A stretch of 64,000 nucleotides of DNA from a virus (taxonomy: Duplodnaviria > Caudoviricetes). This document shows, in pieces, positions 57,327 through 64,000 of the stretch. Both the position numbers and the translations under genes were made by a program. Each line of letters begins with the position of its first letter. Position 1 is the first letter of the stretch. The notes under the pieces are model-generated. The model ran no database searches, was not told where the DNA came from, and was given only the letters and a program-made list of their open reading frames with translations. Location: positions 1,728-65,727 of IMG/VR virus record IMGVR_UViG_3300044633_000115. One strand, written 5' to 3'.

Positions 57327-57581
57327 TCATACAGTGTCATGGCGTGTCCCTCCGAACAAGTTGTTGTACTGCTGTGCTAGGTGCGCAATCGATTCCGCAT
57401 CGCCTTCCACGACTGCATCGAACAGATTGTTTATTGCATCACGCATACGCGTTATCAACAACAGCTTCTGTGCTTCATGTTCAGCGCCAAACAAGTTGTC
57501 GCCATGCTCATCGCTGATGTAGTCCCCTGTGTATTTGTCTTGCACCATGAACCCATCGGGGGTTTGAATAATCTTATACAT
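57327..57581 (-). CDS. Hypothetical early protein
   Basis: SD AAGGAG before MYKIIQT. Confidence 0.6.
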   Translation of the reverse strand: MYKIIQTPDGFMVQDKYTGDYISDEHGDNLFGAEHEAQKLLLITRMRDAINNLFDAVVEGDAESIAHLAQQYNNLFGGTRHDTV

Positions 57582-57777
57582 AGTCTCTCTCCTTAGTGAA
57601 CTTAGTGAATGTGACAACGCCATCGTAGTAGTGCGGGGCTAGGTAGTCCGCCCCACCCAGAGCCAAGGCTTTGCTTTCGATTTCGCTCTCTTCCATGTAC
57701 TCGGTATGCACGATGTTATGCACGACCACTTCTTCATCGCCTATTCGCATAGACCCAAACAATACAAACATTTTCAT
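57574..57777 (-). CDS. Hypothetical early protein
   Basis: 67 aa, overlapping neighbours, SD AGGAG. Confidence 0.6.
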   Translation of the reverse strand: MKMFVLFGSMRIGDEEVVVHNIVHTEYMEESEIESKALALGGADYLAPHYYDGVVTFTKFTKERDYV

Positions 57778-58019
57778 GCTGTCTCTCCTATAAAAATACG
57801 TTTCTTAAATATTTCTTGCTCTGGTGTGTATTGGAAGTACTGCCCCTGTGTCATGTCATACACAACCACGGCTATTTGATTCGGTCTATCCCCCCAATCA
57901 AAGAAGTTAAAGTCGTAGTCGTCTGTGCCATACCACCAATCACCATCTCGTAGTATTTCTTCGCTGTTTAACTTAAACAGCAAGTCGCACACTCGTGACA
58001 AGCGTTCTTCTTTAGTCAT
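57774..58019 (-). CDS. Hypothetical early protein
   Basis: 81 aa, SD AAAGG. Confidence 0.6.
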   Translation of the reverse strand: MTKEERLSRVCDLLFKLNSEEILRDGDWWYGTDDYDFNFFDWGDRPNQIAVVVYDMTQGQYFQYTPEQEIFKKRIFIGETA

Positions 58020-58028
58020 AGTTACCTT

Positions 58029-59126
58029 TCAATGTGTGGGGTGGTACAAGTAGTCAAACAATTCATTCAGCACAGTGTGTGCATCGAATGTCTCTAGCAT
58101 GAGTTCTGCATCTTGAATAATGGTTTTATTTAATTTGCGTGGGTCTAAGAACTTAAACACAAACTCAGGGTCATCGGGATAGCAAGCGTCACCGATTAGA
58201 TAAAACAAGTCATCAATCTGCCCGAACTCTGCGTCAGTCAAAGCGTCATACAACATTTCTTTTTCATAGTCACCGTCAGACCACGCGAACGACTGCGACC
58301 CCGCGCCCGACCAGTTCCCTGCCCACGCCTTGGGGCTGTAGTACTTGTCATCTATCTCACCAGCTTTCCTACTAGTAGGAAGTTTGTCCCACGGTACAAC
58401 CAGTACAGTCTCAGCCAACGCTTGGTAGTGCAGAATGTTTAGTGACTCTTTGTCGGTATGCTCTTTGTCATAGCCCACGCTGATGTTGGTGCACTCGGGT
58501 ATGTAGTCGGTGAACTCTGCTGTGTCTGTGTACACACCCGTATCGTCAGGCGAATACATGAAGTCAGGGTTACTGTTCAACGCATCAGACAACGCTTGTG
58601 CAAACGCATCACTACAGCATCTACCCCACCCTTGGTGCGAGATGACACTATCGATACCCCTGCGGTCAAAGGCAATGGCTCTGTCGAACTGACCTAGCAA
58701 TTCCTTGTTGTGTTCGGCTAGATAGGTCGCACCTATGCCACCACACTCCTCGCCCTGAGTAAAGATGTAATAGCCCGCCACATCTTCATGCAGCATATGC
58801 ATGAGCAACGCACAGCCCGCGCCATCGTCCGCGCCTAGTGGCGCACCATCGGCATACCACATAGTCTTGGTCTTGGTTATCTTGTTCGCGCCATCTTCAC
58901 GATGCACAGTATCCACATGGGCAACGAACAGCGTACGACTTGTGTCGTCATGGCGATTGTCCACATGCAGATTGCCAATAGCATCGACATAGATAGATTC
59001 ATTCAAGCGTTCAGGCACAGCGTTAGCAAGCCAGTCGGTAAAGTATTTCACGGCTTCACCCTTATGCCCACGCCTGATAGACAAGGCACGACATAGAGTT
59101 ACATACAACATAGATTTTTTATTCAT
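58029..59126 (-). CDS. M28/M20-like Zn peptidase
   Basis: AHVDTVH, LGADDGAG, GEECGGIG, AFDRRG, YTDT, GY..EH. Confidence 0.8.
   Translation of the reverse strand: MNKKSMLYVTLCRALSIRRGHKGEAVKYFTDWLANAVPERLNESIYVDAIGNLHVDNRHDDTSRTLFVAHVDTVHREDGANKITKTKTMWYADGAPLGADDGAGCALLMHMLHEDVAGYYIFTQGEECGGIGATYLAEHNKELLGQFDRAIAFDRRGIDSVISHQGWGRCCSDAFAQALSDALNSNPDFMYSPDDTGVYTDTAEFTDYIPECTNISVGYDKEHTDKESLNILHYQALAETVLVVPWDKLPTSRKAGEIDDKYYSPKAWAGNWSGAGSQSFAWSDGDYEKEMLYDALTDAEFGQIDDLFYLIGDACYPDDPEFVFKFLDPRKLNKTIIQDAELMLETFDAHTVLNELFDYLYHPTH
58366..58381. promoter_or_regulatory. 16-bp palindrome TTCCTAC-NN-GTAGGAA, copy 1 (inside peptidase gene)
   Basis: ttcctac-ta-gtaggaa. Confidence 0.8.
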
Positions 59127-59140
59127 ATATTCTTTCAAGT

Positions 59141-60502
59141 TTATTCGTTGCACTCGGGTGCTACATCGGGGTGGAACTTCTCGCCATTGACTTCGACGCA
59201 CTCAGTCCATTGCGTATACCACTTGTCGGTATGCGTGCATTGCCAACAATCTTCTTTGAGTTTCATCTCACCCTTGGTATCTTCGGGTGTGCAGATGTCG
59301 TCATCGTCAACGTGATACCACTCGCCATCGACACACATGGCGTTGTCTTGGTGCGTGTACTCACCGTTCGAGAGTTCAACGATATCGTTATCGCCTAGAC
59401 AGTCTTGGTGATACCAATCGTCATCAACACTTATCGCTTCGTCACAGTCGACGTAGTACTGCCTACCTCTCAAGCCATACGCATAGGTATAGTTGCGGTC
59501 GCAACAACTGCTACAGATATGCCTGTCTTCGTGATAGCCCACCCAGTAGCCATCGCCATCATTGAAGTACTCGTCACAGTCTTCGCACTGCACGCCATCG
59601 GATTGTGAGGGTGTGCCGTCTGTGTTGTTGCACTCGAACTCGCCATCGTCATAGGTGATTTGTATGTACCCCTGACTACGGAATACATTCACGCGTTGGT
59701 GGCAACCATCGATATACGGCGCAAGGAAGTCGTTGCATGTCTCGATGTACAACAACTTCTCACGACCATACCCATCACGCTTGACATAGCCCTGTTCCAT
59801 TAGCCACGCTTCGAGCATCTCATCGCTTGGTGAGTACCCGCCTGTGGATTTGTACGAACGCACCCAGTACTTTCCGTCCTCGTTATCGATACACAGCGCA
59901 CGGCCTACAGTCTGCTCACCCTCGACACGCACAGCCATGCACCACCCGAACTTGGGGTCATAGCATTCGTATGGGTGCGAGTCATCTCTACTACCACTTT
60001 CGTCAGGGTCTTTGTAGGAATCCCACACCATGCACGACCTCGGGCCACGATGCAGGTGCGCAATCATTTCCTTGGTAGTATGGACGAACTCGCACCCAGT
60101 CGCTGAGTGTGCCGCGACCAAGTCACGAATGGCATGGTCGGGTAAGTTGGCAAAGTGCATGCGCAAGTACTTGCCAAGCGATGTAACAGTCTGCACATTG
60201 GCTTCACCCTTGCGTTCGTTCTGCGTATACGCAATTCGAGTGGGGTCAGCGTCTGCGCCATGAGGCCATTGCAACAGCAAGAGTTGCCAGTCTTTGGGGC
60301 GTGACATACGCATGGCTTTGCGTACTGCTGAGTGCAGAGTCGCGTTGTTCTGCTCACGGGCATGCCACCCACGGCAGAGAAAATGCTGTTCATTAGGGAT
60401 AGTCGGGTGTTCAGTCCACCACCCACGCATGATGCGGGCACTTGTGTCAAAGATGTTTTCCATTTCATCGGCGTTGTAGCCTGCTTCGGTATAAGTTTCC
60501 AT
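59141..60502 (-). CDS. Early protein with acidic Cys-rich C-terminal repeats
   Basis: GP.SCM, GRAL, PYID; then CEDC...IC..C and repeated V.G.WY...D units. Confidence 0.7.
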   Translation of the reverse strand: METYTEAGYNADEMENIFDTSARIMRGWWTEHPTIPNEQHFLCRGWHAREQNNATLHSAVRKAMRMSRPKDWQLLLLQWPHGADADPTRIAYTQNERKGEANVQTVTSLGKYLRMHFANLPDHAIRDLVAAHSATGCEFVHTTKEMIAHLHRGPRSCMVWDSYKDPDESGSRDDSHPYECYDPKFGWCMAVRVEGEQTVGRALCIDNEDGKYWVRSYKSTGGYSPSDEMLEAWLMEQGYVKRDGYGREKLLYIETCNDFLAPYIDGCHQRVNVFRSQGYIQITYDDGEFECNNTDGTPSQSDGVQCEDCDEYFNDGDGYWVGYHEDRHICSSCCDRNYTYAYGLRGRQYYVDCDEAISVDDDWYHQDCLGDNDIVELSNGEYTHQDNAMCVDGEWYHVDDDDICTPEDTKGEMKLKEDCWQCTHTDKWYTQWTECVEVNGEKFHPDVAPECNE

Positions 60503-60558
60503 ACCGTACCTCTTTCTAGTTTCAGATACCCTGTGAGTCGGCACAGGGCTTACCGTTT

Positions 60559-60574
60559 TTCCTACGAGTAGGAA
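60559..60574. promoter_or_regulatory. Palindrome copy 2 (intergenic)
   Basis: ttcctac-ga-gtaggaa. Confidence 0.85.
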
Positions 60575-60577
60575 TTT

Positions 60578-60787
60578 TTAAGTCCGTTTCGGATTGAGTT
60601 GTTTAAGTATGTCCATGTCTGTTACGAGCATATAATTACTTTTGTTCATAGGTACTATTGTATGCTTATGTTGCGTTGCTGTCAACTCGCCACATGACAG
60701 GCACGACCTATACCCAAGGCTTGCTCGGGCAGGCGGTACGCGTTCGTAATAACATGTTGTACAGATTAAATTATGGTAGTGGGTCAT
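60578..60787 (-). CDS. C4 zinc-finger protein (finger resembles DksA/TraR type)
   Basis: CTTC...VPPAR..LGY..CLSCG. Confidence 0.65.
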   Translation of the reverse strand: MTHYHNLICTTCYYERVPPARASLGYRSCLSCGELTATQHKHTIVPMNKSNYMLVTDMDILKQLNPKRT

Positions 60788-61058
60788 GTTCAATCCAATC
60801 TAAGTCTGCGCCTACCATGAAGAACACGCGCCCATCTACCAAGCGTATGCGGTTGAAGTTGTACTCGGGGCAGTCGGTGCATCGGTCGGGCAGTTGAACC
60901 GCCCCCACTAGTTCTCGCGAGGTTAGCCATGTGATGCCAATGCCAGTATCGGGTTCATCGATAGAGTCATAGCCCGCCACACTTATGCGTGCGTGTGCCA
61001 AGTCTTTACGCATACGCACCTGTGGGTTTTTCCTACCTGTAGGAAATGTATTCATCAT
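60771..61058 (-). CDS. Hypothetical early protein
   Basis: 95 aa, SD in AAGGGGG; C..C. Confidence 0.6.
   Translation of the reverse strand: MMNTFPTGRKNPQVRMRKDLAHARISVAGYDSIDEPDTGIGITWLTSRELVGAVQLPDRCTDCPEYNFNRIRLVDGRVFFMVGADLDWIEHDPLP
61030..61045. promoter_or_regulatory. Palindrome copy 3
   Basis: ttcctac-ct-gtaggaa. Confidence 0.85.
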
Positions 61059-61215
61059 CGCCCCCTTTCTCTTCTAGTAGGTCAGACAGTAGCCAGTTGG
61101 CAAAGAAGCCCGCGAATATGCAGAACAGCTTGGCAAGCCAGCCCTCATGGGCAAAGCCCATGTATGTAGCCACACACATTAGTATGGTGATGATGAGCAT
61201 TTGTAATTTAGACAT
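61033..61215 (-). CDS. Small two-TM membrane protein
   Basis: LQMLIITILMCVATYMGF...WLAKLFCIFAGFFANWLL. Confidence 0.6.
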   Translation of the reverse strand: MSKLQMLIITILMCVATYMGFAHEGWLAKLFCIFAGFFANWLLSDLLEEKGGDDEYISYR

Positions 61216-61438
61216 TGCGTTTACCTTTCTTTTCAAATGTGCCGAGCCATTGCGTACCTTCTACTTGCGGTTGGTAGTGTCTAATCTCGTATGTCGCATC
61301 GTGTGGTAGGGGCACGAGGAATAGGTTGTATGTGTACCCCTCTTTGTCCATGTGCTTGATGAGTTGTTGCAAGTTGCGTTCAGCAGTGGTTGTTATCCAA
61401 GTGAACGCGCTTGACGCGTAGAAATGTTTGTTTTCCAT
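61208..61438 (-). CDS. Hypothetical early protein
   Basis: HFYASS...W, LVP.P.DA.Y.I..Y.PQVEG; SD AAAGG. Confidence 0.65.
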   Translation of the reverse strand: MENKHFYASSAFTWITTTAERNLQQLIKHMDKEGYTYNLFLVPLPHDATYEIRHYQPQVEGTQWLGTFEKKGKRNV

Positions 61439-61499
61439 ATGTACCTTTCAGTTTCGAAGTAGTGCGGTATGCACCCACAAGCCCACACAATCTACAGAT

Positions 61500-61515
61500 T
61501 TCCTACAGGTAGGAA
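61500..61515. promoter_or_regulatory. Palindrome copy 4 (non-coding leader)
   Basis: ttcctac-ag-gtaggaa. Confidence 0.85.
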
Positions 61516-61566
61516 ACCTTATTTCATACAGGCTTGCAGTTGTCTACAACTTGTTGTAACGCACAA

Positions 61567-61582
61567 TGTTTCATGTGAAACA
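61567..61582. promoter_or_regulatory. parS-like site
   Basis: TGTTTCATGTGAAACA, 15/16 match to the chromosomal parS consensus TGTTTCACGTGAAACA; non-coding. Confidence 0.65.
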
Positions 61583-62004
61583 TATAGCGCATCGTCTACT
61601 CTTGGTTTGATTCGCATACACGATAGGTCTTGTCGTTCGCACATATTCCCTTGTGAGGGTTTGCGTTCCGCTTGTATCGGGGTCATTGCATAGGCGCGAG
61701 TAATCATCAGGGCGGGTGTGCCCCATAAAAGAATAGTTGATTGCTGTTGTCTATGCACCACGGCGAAGCCGTTGTTATCCGATGCAATAGGGGTGCGCGA
61801 TGCACCCCGACCATTTAAGTGTTAGTACAATTTTCTATGACCTCTGTTACCAAGGTCATATGCCGACTGCCTACGGCACGCCACATTCACACAAGGAAGC
61901 GTCAACTAGTAACGCTATGTGCTTCTCGTATATATTAGTTCCGAGGGGCGATGTAATTTAAGCCATTGGTTAGGTGGCTTGTGGTTAGTATGTTTTTAAA
62001 GAAC

Positions 62005-62020
62005 TTCCTACTGGTAGGAA
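62005..62020. promoter_or_regulatory. Palindrome copy 5 (just downstream of strong promoter)
   Basis: ttcctac-tg-gtaggaa. Confidence 0.85.
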
Positions 62021-62058
62021 AAAAGAAACCGCGATAGATTTCCCACTTATTAAGACAT

Positions 62059-62087
62059 AGTATAACACAACCAAAGGTGCTTGTCAA
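62059..62087 (-). promoter_or_regulatory. Strong sigma70 early promoter
   Basis: TTGACA (62087-62082)-17 bp-TATACT with extended TGn. Confidence 0.85.
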
Positions 62088-62119
62088 GTCAGAACAAGGG
62101 GAAACAGTAGCAAACAATA

Positions 62120-62617
62120 CTAACGCATACGGGTGATTTCTAGTGCGCGGTCTTCGCCCGCCCGCTTACTCTTAAAGCGTTTGCCGTCCAACTTCTTGTT
62201 GTAGTAAGAAATTAGGGCTTGCATATTGTGCGTTAACTCGTTGGGCACAAAGAACGATTGCCGATAACCAAGGTCTTGTAGTTTCGCTTTGGCTTCGATG
62301 CTTGTGCGTACCATGTCTTTGCTCTTGCGTGCGTCACGCAGGGCGCGTGCCTGTTCGCGGTTGCGACTGGCTAATGTGTTGGCTTCTGTCGCGCTTGTGT
62401 TGATGCGCCTGTCTATTTCGCGGTTCGCCATCAGTGCATCAATCGTGGCATCAGGCAACGCCATGTCATCTAGCCCATCAAACAAGTCTGCGTACTTGGT
62501 TTTTGATAGTGCAGACATCTCGCGCTTTACTTGGGGCAATACTCCGCTCATCTTGTGGGGGTTGGCAGTGCGCTCAGGTGATGCGTACCAAGTGGTAAAG
62601 TCGTTGATTAGAGACAT
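62120..62617 (-). CDS. Hypothetical protein, basic C-terminal domain (possibly DNA-binding)
   Basis: 165 aa, SD AAGGAA; L..L...QSFFVP...KRF......I.R.R. Confidence 0.65.
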   Translation of the reverse strand: MSLINDFTTWYASPERTANPHKMSGVLPQVKREMSALSKTKYADLFDGLDDMALPDATIDALMANREIDRRINTSATEANTLASRNREQARALRDARKSKDMVRTSIEAKAKLQDLGYRQSFFVPNELTHNMQALISYYNKKLDGKRFKSKRAGEDRALEITRMR

Positions 62618-62840
62618 GGTGTTCCTTGTGTTCTGTGTTCCTTGAGATTATAGCCGAAACCAAAATGGAACGCACTCGGAACGATGGGTCAAACGATAGT
62701 GGAGGTGCGTGGTTAGTAATGAAAGATAGAAAATAAATTATGTGTTCGCTGAAACTTGGTTTTTGAAAATAGTTTCTAGACAAAAAAGGGAATGCGCTGG
62801 GGCTAGTCGAACGAACGGAAAAAGCGTTGAAATTAAAAGA

Positions 62841-62856
62841 TTCCTACCAGTAGGAA
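62841..62856. promoter_or_regulatory. Palindrome copy 6
   Basis: ttcctac-ca-gtaggaa. Confidence 0.85.
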
Positions 62857-62900
62857 ATTTGCCAGCCAGACTTCTAAGAAACAAAAGAAACAAGAACAAC

Positions 62901-62943
62901 TAACTAATAATAATAATATATATCTATATCTCTCTCTCTCTCT
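62901..62943. repeat. AT-rich microsatellite tract (TAA)n-(TA)n-(TC)n
   Basis: taactaataataataatatatatctatatctctctctctctct. Confidence 0.85.
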
Positions 62944-63126
62944 GCTGTGCTGTTCTTGCTTCGTTGCTACTAAACATCATCAAAAGATACGTTCCGCTAA
63001 CTTGAGTAGAACTTTAAGTACTTGCATAGTTTCTTAGAACATAGAACGCGTAGTTGCATAGGCGTGGTTGCATGGGTGCTTTGGCATGGCGACCCACCAG
63101 TTCCCACCAGTTCTCTGGGGGGAAAC

Positions 63127-63186
63127 AAAAAAGCCCGCAGGGCGCAAACCATGCGGGCAATAAAAAACCCCGCTTGCGCGGGGTTT
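63127..63186 (-). terminator. Two tandem rho-independent terminators
   Basis: AAACCCCGC-ttgc-GCGGGGTTT and GCCCGCA...TGCGGGC, each followed by a T-run on the - strand. Confidence 0.85.
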
Positions 63187-63193
63187 GTGGAAA

Positions 63194-63209
63194 TTCCTAC
63201 TGGTAGGAA
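63194..63209. promoter_or_regulatory. Palindrome copy 7 (abuts stop codon of 63210..63689)
   Basis: aa-ttcctac-tg-gtaggaa-tt. Confidence 0.85.
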
Positions 63210-63689
63210 TTATTCTTCGATTTTGTAACCTTGTTTTTCTAGGTAAGACTGAATGATGTCGTGAATTGTGCCTTCATCGTTTTTGTAAGACTCTTCGATA
63301 TCATTCGCGAGTGCCACAAATTCCTTATGGCTAAACACCTTTGCGAGTAACGCGTCAATTTCAGCGGGTGTGCCACCTTTGCCACCTTTGGCTTTGCCTT
63401 TGGACGCGCTGAAAGAAAAAGGCACATCATCATTCACCGCGCCTACAATCGAGGTAATGTAATTCGCTACAGTCTTGGACGATACACCTTTGAATGTACC
63501 TTTCATAGCATCTTGCAAGGTTGCACGATTCACACAAGTCTTGACTGACTTACCAAATGTAAGACCAAGGGTTTTACATTCTTTCACCTTTGCGTTGATT
63601 ACTTCCAAGGCCGTGTGCCCCGCGTGTACCGCGACCACAATAGACTTGATGATACCGATTGAATCGTTTTGTGTTTTTGCGTTTGTCAT
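63210..63689 (-). CDS. Monocistronic early protein with HTH-like helix
   Basis: SD AGGGG before MTNAKTQ; GVSSKTVANYITSI resembles an HTH recognition helix; own promoter and terminators. Confidence 0.7.
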   Translation of the reverse strand: MTNAKTQNDSIGIIKSIVVAVHAGHTALEVINAKVKECKTLGLTFGKSVKTCVNRATLQDAMKGTFKGVSSKTVANYITSIVGAVNDDVPFSFSASKGKAKGGKGGTPAEIDALLAKVFSHKEFVALANDIEESYKNDEGTIHDIIQSYLEKQGYKIEE

Positions 63690-63752
63690 TTGAAATCCCC
63701 TAAAGTTTCTAGGTATTGGTAGAGATAAGACACTCTTTAAACCAATGACTAT

Positions 63753-63781
63753 ATTATGCCTGAGTTTAATCACTTTGTCAA
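63753..63781 (-). promoter_or_regulatory. sigma70 early promoter
   Basis: TTGACA (63781-63776)-17 bp-CATAAT (63758-63753). Confidence 0.85.
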
Positions 63782-63795
63782 GTGTTATCTATTCT

Positions 63796-63811
63796 TTCCT
63801 ACTGGTAGGAA
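63796..63811. promoter_or_regulatory. Palindrome copy 8 (14 bp upstream of the -35 box)
   Basis: ttcctac-tg-gtaggaa. Confidence 0.85.
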
Positions 63812-63947
63812 AAACGCCCCTACGCCAAACGATTCGCGCAACCAGTTCCCCCACCCGCCCCCCACCGTCCCGCTATGGGCTTGGAGTCCCGTGGCTGCTC
63901 TACACTGTATTCCACACGAATGATGTCCAACAAATTTCAAATTGACC

Positions 63948-64000
63948 CCCCACCCCCTTCGTATTTCCAGCCACCTAGACCCCACCCCCTTCGTATTTCC
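63948..64000. repeat. 21-bp direct repeat CCCCACCCCCTTCGTATTTCC x2 (32-bp period), running off the window end
   Basis: Copies at 63948-63968 and 63980-64000. Confidence 0.9.

Noticed and set aside
61440-62052. tRNA genes in the non-coding early regions
   Set aside because: No cloverleaf with a T-loop GTTCRA and matching acceptor stem found by eye; tRNAscan/ARAGORN would settle it.
58366-63811. Palindromic repeats as a CRISPR array
   Set aside because: Repeats are 16 bp and 350-2200 bp apart with genes between them; no cas operon (the Cas4-like nuclease is a typical replication-module gene).
63905-63920. Possible LexA box starting CTGTAT
   Set aside because: Right half-site is CGAA rather than ACAG.

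Overview
This window is most of a dsDNA tailed-phage genome with podovirus-like architecture: no tail tube or tape measure gene, but a tail nozzle gene and large ejection proteins. The + strand (1-40.7 kb) holds the late genes. These are the C-terminal part of TerL (cut by the window start), portal, a GroES-like co-chaperonin, scaffold, decoration and major capsid proteins, a glycosyltransferase, a cluster of tiny basic proteins and head-tail adaptors. They continue with two free-standing homing endonucleases, an array of duplicated tail-fibre/chaperone cassettes, a Gly-rich adhesin, holin, M15 endolysin, nozzle, a GNAT, three ejection proteins and a 2480-aa polyvalent protein (L,D-transpeptidase-like, metallopeptidase, ART-like and LPD38-like domains). 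The - strand (40.7-63.8 kb) holds the replication genes (primase-helicase, SNF2-type helicase, Cas4-like nuclease, family A DNA polymerase with Leu762, VRR-NUC), an AAA+/VWA-metallopeptidase module and many small early genes behind near-consensus sigma70 promoters. I saw no integrase, parA/parB, tRNA, RT or CRISPR array. TerS and the TerL N-terminus lie outside the window. The most notable unexplained signals are: (1) eight copies of a 16-bp palindrome TTCCTAC-NN-GTAGGAA confined to the early region, two of them bracketing a stand-alone gene with an HTH-like helix; (2) a chromosomal-type parS site with one mismatch among those palindromes; (3) a +1-frame 57-aa gene with its own strong SD nested in the polyvalent protein gene; (4) a recurrent (M/F/Y/L)xxGG motif shared by the small basic proteins and the ejection proteins; (5) three hairpin-dense intergenic RNA-like elements. 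All family assignments come from motif recognition by eye, not from database searches.
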